Source: Hydrolagus colliei (taxonomy: Eukaryota). From it: a stretch of DNA of 64,000 nucleotides. The stretch's first letter is position 1; each line of letters opens with the position of its first letter. Under the pieces are notes generated by a model, which did no database searches, was not told the DNA's origin, and was given only the letters and a program-made list of their open reading frames with translations. Below are positions 51,068 to 64,000 of the stretch, in pieces. Position numbers and translations under genes: made by a program. The stretch covers positions 16,120,001 through 16,184,000 of the forward strand of contig CM068748.1 in the NCBI GenBank assembly GCA_035084275.1, read 5' to 3'.

Positions 51068-52431
51068 GAAAAAAATCCAAACGTGGTAAAAACTGTACCA
51101 TTGTATTAAAGTGTACAATAAAAAGTAATTACCGAGAAAAATGAAAGCTGTTCCTGCTGTTAGGAGAAATGATAAGGGAATACTGTTCCTTTTCAAAGCA
51201 TGGAGTCCATTTTGATGTAATTGGTTCCAGAATTATTTATGACATTAATTGCTGCATTATCGACTGGCTGTCAGCTGTTCTGGCAGTCAGTCCATCTTTC
51301 TTACCACTGCAAGCCAACTCAGCCCAAACTAGACTGACAAGCTAATTACACTCATCTCCCCCTCAATGACAAATGCTGCTCATCTGAAACCTTTCCAGAA
51401 ATAGGCTCGCTTTCTTCCCTCAGAGTGAGTGCATCCCTCAGCCAGCCTTTTGCTCATATCTACAGGTACAGGAGGCTGCTAACTCTGCACACGCAGTGAT
51501 TAGTTTGGAACATCTCACTCCATCCAAACACCCAAAACACCTTGTGCTATCAATCTGAATGTCAGTCAGTCCGCCATGCGCTGCGAGCTTTCAGCGGATT
51601 TGTACTGGTTCATATCTGTCACTCAACCCTGAAGCCCGCAGCTCTGAGCCTGATGAAAAAGTGCCTTCCCTTCCCCTCCCTTCTACTTACTTTCCAATGA
51701 ACAAGGATCGAAAGCGACATGCACCAAACTCGCCATGTCCCGCAGCCAAGCTCCAGTCCCTCTGATGCTGTCACCCCCCTCCACATCAGCAGCACTGGCT
51801 CAATGGCAGAGCCTCTGACACATGCCAGAAACTTTTAAACCGTCTGCTCTTTTCATTAGGTTCTTTCTGTATCCCCAGCCATGGAAGAGATAGATGACAT
51901 TTTGCGGGGTAAACTTGTTGTAAGCTGTCTCCCTCCCTCTCTTCCTTCTTAACTCTTGGAACTGTCACACCAACTATCCCTCTAAACATATCAAAACATG
52001 GTGGAGTGGGGGGAAATAAACATGGTCATTTTGAAATGGAAGCAGTAATGCCCAATTGTTTATATATCTATATACTGTACATATTTAAAAAAATCAAAAA
52101 GAAAATCTGCACGTTTTCTCATAGGAAACAATGCTAGAGAAGAATTAGCGTCAGGCTATCTTTGACCTTTGTGATGTGCAGCTTCTAAAGATTGATGAAC
52201 TCAACTCAAATACACATGACTTGCTTAATGCTCCTCTCCTTTTTTTTCCATTTCACTGGAATATTCGCCATATGAGAATAGCAAAGTAAACGTTGGAGAG
52301 AAGGTCATTTTGATCTAAGCAACAACAGTAGTTGTAAACATGCAGCTGAATTAACATTTTGGGAACAATTAAGAAACTGCAAATATTATTATTTTTTAAA
52401 AAGTCCACAATTTATTCACGGTGCTGTTATA

Positions 52432-52757
52432 ACAATAAAAAAAATCCTTGTAGTTGGTATAAAACACCTTATCGTGTCATCAAGACATCTCAAAGCACTT
52501 CACAGGATATACTGTAAGGTGGATTGACTGTATTTTGTGGACAAAACGCGGCAACCAATTGCATGCAGCAGTGTCCAACATATAGTTGTGGATTGAGTGA
52601 TCCATTGTTTTTCAAAAAAGGTATTATTATCCCTAAAAAAAGTGATCTGCCCTGATCTGCTTACTGCTAGTTAAACAGAGGCATGGGGAGAAAGCAAACT
52701 TGCTTCAGGTTTTGCCCAGTTTACTATTGCTACTGAGGCGAGCGATCTAACCATTGC
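52432..52757 (-). mobile_element. Long-subfamily tRNA SINE, decayed
   Basis: atccttgtagttggtata...cttactgctagttaaacagaggcatggggag...gcgagcgatctaaccattg. Confidence 0.75.
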
Positions 52758-53084
52758 TATCATTATTATCCTTGAGGCTCAGGTGGGACTAAGACAGGAT
52801 ACAGTTTCATTGCCAAGGTGAGTTAACCAGTAATTCACTCTAGAGGGAGCCCTTCATGTTTCAGGTGGACAGTATTAGTGGATTATTCAACCTTGGGGCT
52901 TCACTCCTGAGCTAGACCCTGTCCTCACACACCCAATACCCGCAGTTCCGCACTTCAGCAGTGATGACTGCATAGTGCTCAAGCACAGCACCTGTGCAAG
53001 ATCCGATGGATACAATGAACTCAAAAGCTGTCATAATAACAAAGGGTATTGTATCAAATGCAAGGATTATTATGAATCCACAAT

Positions 53085-53445
53085 GTCCCCCTCTGGGGCT
53101 TGAACCCACAAACCTTCTGAACTCGAAGGCAAAAGTGCTAACGACTGAGCTGAGCTGACACCAATGGTTACCTTTGTTAAATTAGTGAACGAGTGTGAAA
53201 ACCTCTTGTTCGTTTTTGCAAAGTTTTTTTTCCCTAATTCCAGCAAAGTGTTTGTAAAGATTCTTTTAGAAACAGTGGGAATAATAATAAAGGCTCTATG
53301 TGACCTCAAGATCATGTCTAACCCTTCAGTGCAATGCAGGGGATCTGCTGCATTATTGGAAATGCAGTATTTTGGCCGAGATGTTAAATCAAGATACCAT
53401 CTGTCTGTTCCAGTAGCTGTTAAAGATCCCATGGCACTATTTTGC
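53085..53445. mobile_element. Deu-type SINE pieces: tRNA head on - strand (53085-53162) and Deu body on + strand (53300-53445)
   Basis: Reverse complement gtgtcagctcagctcagtcgttagcacttttgcc...tgtgggttcaagcccc; + strand gagatgttaaatcaag...taaagatcccatggcactatttt. Confidence 0.6.
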
Positions 53446-55722
53446 CAAAATATCATTAAAATCACTTCACTTGGCAGCGAGAGGAATTTCTTGCTCTAGC
53501 TAGACTTTGTGAATTTCACAAACTTGTTTTGTATTCGCATATAAGGATGAGCACGCAGCCTTCTGATGTTGATGTTCCTCCGACCTTTGTATCAACCTGA
53601 ATTGAAACCTGCTGTCTGAAAAAATGTTCCAATGGCTGTCATTGTTGTTGTTGGTGCTTGGAAGGAAATGCTTCCTTTGTGACCACAGATCAGAAAAGCA
53701 AGCATTACACCCAACTGCCCAGTTCTCCAGCAAAAAGCATGAACCATCACAATTAAGCCAATTGCAACTGGAGTCATGTGAATTCAGACAAAATTCAGCC
53801 TGATTACATTTGGCTCTTTGTACATTGATCTGGGTTCAGTTCAGACACAAGATACAAAGAATTGCAAAGAATACGAAAACTTCCTTCAGCAGTCCATTTC
53901 TGTGAATTTCAAGCAGTAATTGTCAGAATTGCAAGCCAAAAATGCGATCCACTACTAACATTTTCTCATCTCAAGTACACTCCCACATGAAAATTACATA
54001 CACATTCGAGAGCATTAGAGTTGTCTCCCACATTTGCACCCCTGGTGGTTTTAAAATTGATGGCATCAGTGAAGTCATGGGACATTCAGCAATGTGATTC
54101 ATGCGTGTCACTGACCATACATGCAGCCAATGTATGCTGGTGACAAAAGATCCGGAAATTCATATAGAATATACTATCTTCAGACAACCAAAGAATACAG
54201 CAACTTAATTCTCATGGAGCAAGCAAAATTATTTTATTTGAGACACAAATCACCCACAACCAAGGTAAATAACAGTCTGCAGAAAACATGTCTTGTAAAT
54301 TGCACAAATGCAAACTAACCCAATCTGTGTCAGACACAAACTAGTCAGCAAGGAATTTTACTAGATCAGTCTTTAAATACAAACAAGGAAAACATAATAT
54401 TCTTAATATGTGTAAATATTACTTGCAATAACTTCATATTGTTTGGACAGACTATCAGCTTTACAGTAAACATTACTCATCACTGTAAACGTTTCAAAAG
54501 ATCTGCTGAGAAAACAGATCACACAACATTCTTCGTACATCATCTGTTTCAATACTGCAAAATAGTAATGCTGAGTAGAAAAAAGCATTTATCCAAAAGT
54601 TGGCTCCATCTTAGAATAGTACAAAGCAGCAACTGTGGAAAAAAACACTCAGAGCAGAAAGTTCAGAATCCATTTAATAGGACAAAACAACAACTCTTTT
54701 GAGAAAATCACGTGCATCAAAACATTTAGCCACTTTATTTAATATCACAAAACAGCAAAGCTATGAAGACAAACAAGTAGCTGACATTTAACTGCTTCAG
54801 CGAAACAGTTTTGAGTCCGCATTTTTATTCGCTCTCGCCAATGAAAGGCAACATCTCTTTGTCGAAAGATGCCATTGAATCTCGTTTACAAAACATCCAA
54901 GAATGGAGGATGCATGCAACACTACGGGACAATCTTATTACCTCTACGAGAAACTAAATGTTAGGGGATAAATCATAAATTCGTCTCAAATTATGCTAAA
55001 TGGCCAAGCGTACAAGGGAACAAACATTTGTAGTTTTACGGATGGTGTACAGTTCTTTTTAAAAAGAGCTTCGGAAAAGGTAGGCTAACTTGTCAATACA
55101 TCAAAACTCAAAACCCCATAGTGATAGAAGTGCAATCTATTCAGTCTGTTTGAGTTGTCAATTTTGTTCATGAGCCCTCACTGATCAAAGTAAAAGAGAG
55201 AATCTCATCTAATGGAGTTGATATTTAATCTTCCAAGCTCAAAATAAGACCCATAAGGCAAAAGATAAATCAGGATAAAGTCCCTGAAATAATGTTGGTC
55301 AGTCAAATGGGATTTACGGTTTAATATGACTATTCATTTCACCATGTCCACAGTCATCTATAAAATGATACAGAATTTTCCCATTACTCAACAACAAGTC
55401 ATTGTAATGAGTGGCGTGAGGCCTTAATGTGACTTTCTGGAACTTGGTGCAATGCAATAAGCATGCTCAGTTCAACCTCAGGTGTGACCTCTGCCCTCCC
55501 ACGAGCTGCAGTTGTACCAGGCAATCCATCATGAAGCTCATCCTGTCAGGCCTGGAGCTTCAGTGCAGCTGTCTGTCATGGCAATAGAAGGGACCTGCTT
55601 AAAGGCAATCATGTCAATCTCTATGTGACTGCTCAGACTAGACTGAAAGGTTGATCTTGACAGGCAAGGCAAAGTCAGCAGAAGGCACAGGCAGGCTGAA
55701 GTTGTGATCTCTGTGTGTTTTT

Positions 55723-55728
55723 TTTATT
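55723..55728 (-). terminator. Candidate poly(A) signal (AATAAA) of LRMDA
   Basis: TTTATT on + strand about 70 nt past the LRMDA stop; further copies at 54824 and 54734. Confidence 0.5.
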
Positions 55729-55797
55729 CAGAAATAATTTTTCACTTTTTTTCATATTGCAAAGGGGTGGAAACGTGCAGGCCAAAGGGATCCTTCT

Positions 55798-55877
55798 TTA
55801 AAGCTGGTCGTCACGGATGAATCTGTTCCCCTCAGAGTGTCTTCCCCGGTAGATGTAGCGACATTTTGCCAAAATAC
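55798..55877 (-). CDS. LRMDA: LRMDA (C10orf11) last coding exon: (G)[25 protein letters not shown]
   Basis: Minus strand: T-tract + gcag| acceptor, phase 1, TAA at 55800-55798. Matches recalled human LRMDA C-terminus [26 protein letters not shown]; tail-to-tail with KCNMA1 as in human. Confidence 0.95.
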
Positions 55878-57701
55878 CTGCAAAAAAAAAAAAGGCCCGC
55901 GGTGAATAGATTGTTCATCATTGTACATTTTAGGATCATTTCCCCCATCCCCCCCCACCCCTACCTATCCCCCTTTTCAGACACTCACTCAATCTGTACA
56001 CCTGCATTTGACATGCCGTGGCTGAGCATGAGAAGAGGAATCCTCCAAGCCAGGGAAATGGATGTGTTTCCCCTCCGAGGTGGGAGATTCCATCCAAAAG
56101 TTGATAATTCCACCTTTAGGCCAAGATGGGAATGAAGTTGTTTTGCGTGACACACTAAGCAGTTCAATTAGTCAGCCTGTCACAGAGGGAGCATGGAAAG
56201 ACACAAAGCCTAAAGATAAGGTTATCTATAGGAACAGAGCCTACAGATAAATCTGATAGCCAGAGGACTGGATTGCACAGTGGGTTAGAACATTTTACTT
56301 TCACCTCTGAATTTGAACTTGCCCTGCACAGACAGGATGAAAGTCTCATCTCTACTATGCCTATTATATGAGTTCACAGTGAAAGGAGTTTCGCTAATCT
56401 TAGTCTGCTCTTGAATGGACGTTCACTCGTATACACAAAATGAAAGGGCACACAATCCATCACTAATTGGACAACCCAAGAGCAAACAAGAGACAGGCAG
56501 AAGAGTTGCAAATGACTTGGTTAAGGGCAGGACATATACTTTTGAGTTCAAGCCTCAATGATGGGCCAGTCCAACAGGCGGGGCAAGGGGGGTAGAAGGA
56601 GGATCCGGCGATGAGAGTGGAGGGTGTGGGGGGATGAACAATGAACTGTATCAAAGTGTGAGCTTGACTTAAAAAAAACCATCGCTCTGTGCTGATTACC
56701 ATATTCTTTGCTACACACCACATAGTGTTCTCCATAGCAATCTATGAAATAGGAATTAGTTCCACACGTAAGAATGACCAGATAACAGTTGAGCGATTAA
56801 GCTAAGTGCTTAAATCTCTACCAGTTTCTCCTCTCCCAAAGCCATTTGACCTGTACTTCCTTCTAAAGGTGACCCTCCAGTACCTTGGACGTTATTTATT
56901 TGTGAATCTTGACAACAGTGGCACCAACCTATACAAACAACCGTGGTGTGACATCAGAGTTGGGTCTTATCTAGTCCCTAGAAGAGGTCCACAAACGCAG
57001 GTTTTCTCGAGGTATCTTTGGGTAGCATTTCCCCCTCTCCCAACCCCTTGTAATTTACAGCAGTCCAACTGCAACTCCAACAACAACTTGCATTTAAATA
57101 GTCACTTCACGCAGGGCAGGGTACCCTGGCAGTTGTAAACTAACTCAGCATAAACCGAGCATCAAATCAAATCTACAACCTATTGGTTAGTGGCACATCA
57201 CTCCCACTAGGCAATCATGGGGAATAAAAACAGGACTATTTTAATTCAGAAGGGTGAGCTCAGTATTGGAAGCTGATCACATGGTACACATATTTGATGC
57301 ATACTTGATGGCAGCACTCTTTTCTGTCAGCCAGAATTAATCATTGCAGCAACATTAATTTCTTGGAGAATATATTTTAGAAAAGAAAAAAAAGAAAATC
57401 ACATTAGCTATTTCCTACTCGCTCCACAATGTGGACACCAGCTGGCCGGCCGACACGCTACCCTGTGACCCCCATCACAGAACCGCAGGTCTTTATTATG
57501 AATCACGTAGCAATCTTTCCCGTTGGCAACAGCCCACATGAAAATGTAATTACATTTCTCACAACTTCAATAAACACAGGCGGTGTTCTAAAACAAAGAC
57601 ATACATTGGGACTTGATGATTTTCGGGGAAATAATTATAAGACAGCAAGTTTTCCGTTTCTGATTGCCTAGCGAGTAGTGACACAACACTACCCAACAGG
57701 T

Positions 57702-58055
57702 GCAGTCCTGTAGCGTATTGCTTGGAGCACTTGGGTTTGATTCGTGAACAGGGAGTACCTTAGGCAAGTTTCCTTACTCCACATGGCTCTGTTTACCTAG
57801 CAGTAAGTAGGAACTCAGGTGTTAGTCGATTGGTGGATCACTTTGCTAGGTAATAATCCCTTCAAATTTTTTAACAAAATAATGATTTGTTATCTGCGAC
57901 TATTTGCGCGACACTGCTGTGTGCAATTGGCTGTTATGTTTTGCCCACAACATATACAGTCAGTTCACTTTACAGTATATTCTGTGAAGTGCTTTGAGAC
58001 ATCTCCAAGACGTGATAAGGAGCTATAACCAAATGCAAGGATTATTATTATTATT
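57702..58055 (+). mobile_element. Full-length long-subfamily tRNA SINE
   Basis: gcagtcctgtagc head, long-form internal segment ctctgtttacctagcagtaagtaggaac...gttagtcgattgg, tail caaatgcaaggatt(att)n. Confidence 0.88.
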
Positions 58056-60524
58056 GCTAAAAGTAAATGTGCGTTGCCTTTACTATCAACAAGCCGACCA
58101 GTGGGGTGTGTGAGTGCCCCAATTTAGGAAAATTGCCTTTTTTTGGAACCATAAATACATTGGCAAAGACTCAACATCTTTCAGGAGAGGAGAAAAAACT
58201 GAGGACAATTTTTTAAAAAAAATAAAAAAATAGGTGTCTACACTTTCAGGTAGACTTTAAAGAATTTGTTACTACTCGAAAAAAGAAGGTAATTTATCCT
58301 CCTGTCTGGCCGACATTCCTCCCAATTAATTTTTTTTAAAATTTGCTTCACGGCTGTGAATACGCAAATTATCTGTCACGTGCGCCTATAAGCAGTCACC
58401 ACATTTTACAGTAAAGCCTTTGAAATGTTTCGACATGAAAAGGAGGTATATCAAACACAAGGATTATTATTCTTTTAATTCAGATGCTTTTTTAAAAAAC
58501 AATCAGACCGTTTCTATCGTTTCATCTCCCATGGTTGGGAACGACAGGATGAAGGAACAAGTGATAAATGTACAGGTGTGCTGCAGTGTGGTGCTGGAGT
58601 AGTGAGGAAAGGGTGCGGACAATGTAGGAGGACCTCGCCAACTGTGCAAAGACAGTTAATATTTCCCGCTCAAATGTAATATAAATATTTTTTGAATAAT
58701 TCTGCACTGAACATGCAATGCCAGGATTGTTGATCGGTTCGGTGAACCGTACAGGACTTTTGCTGGCTCAGCGACCACTGTTTACTTATGGCTAGGACTC
58801 ACTCTTTTATGTTACTCACATGTCACAAATTTCAGGGCAGATTTGTCAACACTGTTGTTCTGCTCTTTCACACAATATAAAAAAGTGGAGCAGCTATGAA
58901 TGCACCTGCAGAACTCAATGATGTCGTCAGCGCTTACAAAGTGCTCTGCGGCACTACCTTGCGTGAGGGGCTTTATATAAATGCAATTTATTGTTGTGTT
59001 GCCTTCAGTCCAAACAGAGGAGCAATGCAGTAAGACAACTGCACAGTGAGCTGGTTAGCCATTGAACTCTCATCTCCTGAGATCAACAGAGTTGCTTGTT
59101 TCAGGTGGAAACCACCCGATTGCTAAAGGTGAAGGATATTGACTTCGAATGAGACTGTAAACCCACAAAGAAATATATGTATTTGAGCCTCAGCACCTTT
59201 GGGTGGTTTAGGTCAACCCATCCTGCAAACAAATACTTTGGACTTTTGCTATTTAAAAGTTAAGATATTGTACTCACTTCCCTGCCCGTGATAAATAGAA
59301 ATAAATAAAGTGGCTTGTTAAGAATACATTTCATAGGCTCTGTTAACAGCTGGTGATTGCAATCCACTAGTGTTACTGATGGATTAGAAACAGGACTGCA
59401 AACAGACATCCTGGTGAAAGAGCCACTTGATGAATGTAAGAGACTGCAGCTAGGTGTCAGCGCTTAGAAAATGAAGCAAGGACATGTGGTATTAATATTG
59501 TCAATGATCTCTAGACAGGAAAACAGATCCCATATTCTCCGTCAGTTTTAAATAGATATCAAGTGCATTAATGACAAAAGACCAGACTTCAAACAAAGGA
59601 GCTGAGTGATGCTGTGCTGAGTGCACTCTGCGCTTGCAATAACGTGATCTGAAAAGACATTGTCAGTTGTGGAGACAGGCCCAGAATTGTGAGCAGTGAC
59701 AGAAAACAGAGATGAGGAGAAAGATACTGGTACCATATTAGTGCCAACCATATTCCAACACTGTCTGCGCTCCTAACTGAATCTGACATCATCTCCTATC
59801 ACTTGCAGTATTCACTGCTGCTTCTCTGACTACTTCCCTCAGCAGCCCCCGCCCCCACCCCTTTCCCAACATCATTACAAACTGTAGTCAAGTTTTATGT
59901 TACCAGCGGTTGTTCTGTCATGGAGGTTGGGGCCCAGAGGCCTAGGGATAACCTCAGTCATTCTAAATTTTCAGCCTGTAATGGTGGGACACTCATTTTT
60001 TCTGATAACTCCGCTACTTGAGGTGCTCTCCACAGCAAAGTGTGAGCAGCTGTCACCTCGAATAAAGGATTCTGATATTAAAGACAGTGAATTTCTGGAT
60101 ATATCGTAAAGCAGTTGGACTGTCTGGCAGCAGGAAATAAATTCCAGCTGCTGCTGCTCGCCTGGGGATAAAGGTGCTCAAACTAGTGACAGTAAAAGTC
60201 AGCTGAAATTTCTGAACTCCCGGGGTCTGAAACTGTTTAATTTAAGAAAGTGTTGGCTCTGCAGAGAAGCCCCACCAGGCAATACAGCTGTGATTTGATA
60301 GCAAGTCACATTTTACAGCTTTCATGTATACCTGACAAACCTGAAGTTCAAAGGAGTAATTTTAAAAATAAACCCATTTAAAACAGGCAGCTTCAGACAT
60401 CAGGCAAATAAAGAGGGGGGCACGAGAAAGGGGTTTTGCTTATGGAAAGCGAGCTTGAATTATTCAATCTTGAACTGCACAAAGTAACGGAGACATTGCA
60501 CATTCAACACAAAGTGTCTGTTCT

Positions 60525-60635
60525 AATAATAACATAATCCTTGCATTTGATATAGCGCTATATCAAGCCTTCGAGACGTCTCAAAGTGCTTCGCAGAATA
60601 CACTGCAATGGTGAATTGACTGCTTATATTGTGGA
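60525..60635 (-). mobile_element. SINE 3' tail fragment
   Basis: ataatccttgcatttgatatagcgc...gagacgtctcaaagtgcttc. Confidence 0.8.
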
Positions 60636-62208
60636 CTAAGCAGTGAAAGGATTAATAAAAAAAACGAGCTCCATAAAGTACATGTAGTTGGAAGCGGTTA
60701 GTTCACTTTAATGATGTGCGTTTTACGTGGGGAGTTGCACTGCAAGGCACGTCATCAAAGCGGTACCCTCACACAACAACATACAGAGCATGACATTAAA
60801 ATGTTGAGTACATTTAACACTCCCATCATATCTCGTCAGTATATTTTAATTATTTAATTGGGACTTTAGATTTAGTGGGGAAAAAAAACACGTGTCCACT
60901 TGAGTGGCAGCAGCAGCCATTGATTGCTTCGGAGGATTCATCAGCAACCTTGGTCTCCAGAGGCTTCTTGCAGCTCGTTTGACACACGCGGCAGACGGGA
61001 GTTCAGCACGTTGTAATTTTTAGTGTGTTGCAGCAGAAAGCTGGGTAGCCATCAACACTTAGCAACCTTTTAATTGCCATCCTCTTCCTTTCCTCAAGGC
61101 ACTGCTGCAGCACCATGGCTACCGCCAAACTTCTGGTTCTTAACCCAAGTGTTCAGATACCACACTGGAACTCGAGTCCAGGACATTGGGAAGGAACACG
61201 GCAACACAGTTTCACCCTGTGCCCACCAGGTGTCCATAAGTTTGCAGTTAAGAATAAGAACCTCAGATACTTTTTTCCCATCTTTAGCCTTAAAAACCCC
61301 CAAATCAACCTCAACAATAACAAACTATATTTGCATTGCACCTATCTCGTCAAGAGGACATCCCAACTGCAGTGAGCCCACTGCTTAGCTTGCCTGAGAT
61401 CAGCAAACTGAGCATATGCCAGAGATTGAACATGAAAATGTTGCCTTATTTATGTAGTTGAATATCAACCGAGTAAAACATTGGAGAGTGAATCGCAAAC
61501 TTATAGCTTGCACTCATATAGAGCCTTTAGCATAGTTAACACATCTCAAGGTTACTTCCTCTATAAACAACCACAACAACAAAATTACATTTATAGAGCA
61601 TCTTTCACGTCGGGAGGATGTAAACTATAAAGTTTATAAAGAAGACATACGGGGCGAGGGGCAAATAAATATGCTTGATTCACATTTCCAGTGAAACTGA
61701 GCTAGAAATAAGATGGACCAAGATATTGTCATGAAGTGGCAAAATATTCCCAACAAGTGCTCCACTCAATTGGAAAATGGCAGCTGTAACACAACCAGAA
61801 GGCAATGGTTTGAAGTCTATTTTCTAAATTCAGCTTGAATAATAATACTGAATTGCTGACAGGAAGAATGGTCTACATATTAAATATAAGTTGTTTTGGC
61901 ACCTGGAACCTTCCCCTAGATGTATTATGGCCCCAAGTACTTTTCCAACACTTTGTTGGCATTACTTTTGGACCTAGTTCTACATTTCAAAAACATTAAA
62001 GGAACATTTTACTAAAATAAATGATCCCTGCCATGGATTTGTATGGCATAGAAAGCTCAGGGCCATCACAGGCGATTTCAGACCAAGGCTTTCCATTTAC
62101 CTTCAATCGGACTCCCATGACCAATATTCAGGAGTCTAATGGAACCAGAGTCTAGGAAAAAAACACAATGCTATAATTATGATCGACCCCAAATGTCTTC
62201 AAGCCATA

Positions 62209-62210
<2 letters not shown>

Positions 62211-62250
<40 letters not shown>
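62211..62250. repeat. (AT)n microsatellite
   Basis: Directly visible, about 20 units. Confidence 0.95.
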
Positions 62251-62256
<6 letters not shown>

Positions 62257-63710
62257 AGGGTTCAACAATGTATAACAATGGATATACCATACAACGTGCC
62301 TTTCTACATTTGCAAGACGCAAATATTCTAGAAACAGTTTAATAAATAGAATTTTGCACTTACTAAAGCGTAGTGACATCTAGTGACAGATCACTGAAAT
62401 TTCAGCAACCTTTCTAATTTTATCGGTGGGCTATTCAACTTGGGAAGGATTTTACTCTCTCTTGTTGATGAGCTGAACCTATGCTTACGTTGGACCATGA
62501 TCTTAGGTGTAAGTGAGTTATGGTTACCTTTAACCCAAGCGACAGAAGCACCAGCCACATACGCTTTGGGATGTATTTCCGAATCAAATTCTTAATTTTA
62601 AAATTCGACAGTAATTTTTACAGGTTACATTTTAGTTGACCAAACTCCAACAAAAGGGATACTGTCTCCATAAACTGTTGGCTTTCCATATGTCAGGAAC
62701 AATAATTGGTATAGACCAAAGATATGTTTGCTGCTGGTGCCAACAGTTGCTGAGCCATATGCCTTGAGTGAATAAATTGAAAGTGACACTAAGAGGAATG
62801 TGCTGCAAAGGCACTTTTTTAATTTTAAACCTTTTGTTATATTCGTTTTGGTTAACTTTGATAACTTAAGTTTAAACCTAAATTAAATACAGATGCTGCC
62901 TGTTACGAATGCAAAGATTGTCAGTTTCCATTTCCAACCCCCCGGCGCTTGCTGAAGACATCCGATCTGCTACAGTTCTACGAGGGAGTCGACACCCGTG
63001 TTTGCACGCGTTCAACGTGCAGTAAAAAAGAACAGAAGCGGTCTGAGGGCATCTGTGAACCCTCCTGCATTGTACTCATGTAAGCGTGTTTTATTGTTAA
63101 AAAAAACTTGGCCCTTTGGACCAAAAGTGCTGCTTTCAGTGTAAATTGTTATCAGCGATAACGGATGATGAGGTGCAGGTATACCTGAATGTGCTCAAAG
63201 GCCAGCAACCTACCACAAGAAGGAACCTCTAATTAGAAAAAAAACGCGCCTCTCAAGCCCTTTCTCGCATAATCTGAGTCAGAGAAACTGAGACGCAGCT
63301 CAAAGTCCACGGGAACAGAATGATGAGCTGATACATAATGATAAACCATATTGTGTGGGGCATAGAGTCAGCTAGATACTCTCAGGCCACAAGTATATTA
63401 CCTTATACAGACATGGCTGACATACATTTAAAGCTCTATACACATTAAGAACCCATTAGCCTGACAGATTAAAAGTTATCTTGAAGCTAATGTTTCCATT
63501 ATGTACAAGTTGGCACTGGAACAATCAACACTTTGTTCCTCATATGTCATACTTTGTTTAAAAAAACAGGAGGGTATCTTTGCATCCTTGAATGACATTG
63601 ACATGTTCAGCTTTGATGTAGACACTCGCTGTCTTCAGATTCACTGCTAGTGTCGAATGATCATCCTGTAGTGGTGATGACAGGAAAGGGTTGAATTATT
63701 TTTTTTTGGC

Positions 63711-63737
63711 GGGGGGGGGGGGGGGGGGGGGGGGGGG
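63711..63737. repeat. Poly-G tract (27 nt)
   Basis: Directly visible. Confidence 0.95.
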
Positions 63738-64000
63738 TCGGGGGAGGAGTAGGGAGTGAGCCAGCAAGCAAGGGGGAGTTAGCTCTCAAGACACAATTTC
63801 CACTCTGAAATATTGGTGCTCTTGAGGTTACTGGGGCCTTGTGTTAAACTAGAACCTCCAGGAAAAAACAAATTAATCAACAGGGCACTGAAGTGGGTTT
63901 AATGATTGCATTCTGCATACAATCAGCTTTTCCCATTCCAGGGCCATCAATATGTCAAAAAAAGACGTATCCAAAGGATGTAGCTCTTAACATCAAGGTT

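Noticed and set aside
59377-59384. TGATGGAT Pbx-Hox site (also at 2453 and near 16987)
   Set aside because: Isolated 8-mers are expected by chance in 64 kb.
55878-64000. Search for the penultimate LRMDA exon (YTPLP-like motif)
   Set aside because: No convincing match seen by eye; it probably lies beyond the window, so this stretch is treated as LRMDA intron.

Overview
Vertebrate genomic DNA. The SINE/L2/CR1 repeat landscape suggests a cartilaginous fish, possibly a chimaera (inference). The + strand carries the 3' half of KCNMA1 (Slo1/BK channel alpha subunit): 12 coding exons between 956 and 32297 with canonical GT-AG sites and consistent phases. They cover the RCK1-RCK2 linker, RCK2, an 84-nt alternative 'Ca27'-type exon, the calcium bowl, a 29-nt frame-switching microexon and a dual-frame last exon (KKEMVYR* or ...REVENEC*). 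The - strand carries the last coding exon of LRMDA (C10orf11) at 55798-55877, convergent with KCNMA1 and missed by the ORF track. The rest is intron/intergenic DNA with tRNA-derived SINEs (a nested inverted triplet at 18.8-19.8 kb), older Deu-domain SINEs, L2 and CR1 fragments, a ~1.1 kb degenerate minisatellite and several repeat-free blocks that look like conserved non-coding elements. I found no convincing wholly new biological system. The best leads are lineage-specific features of BK C-terminal splicing, duplication-like similarity between the Ca27 exon and its neighbour, a perfect 14-bp inverted repeat in the KCNMA1 3' region, the SINE foldback and the minisatellite. Orthologue and repeat-family comparisons are recalled from memory, not computed.
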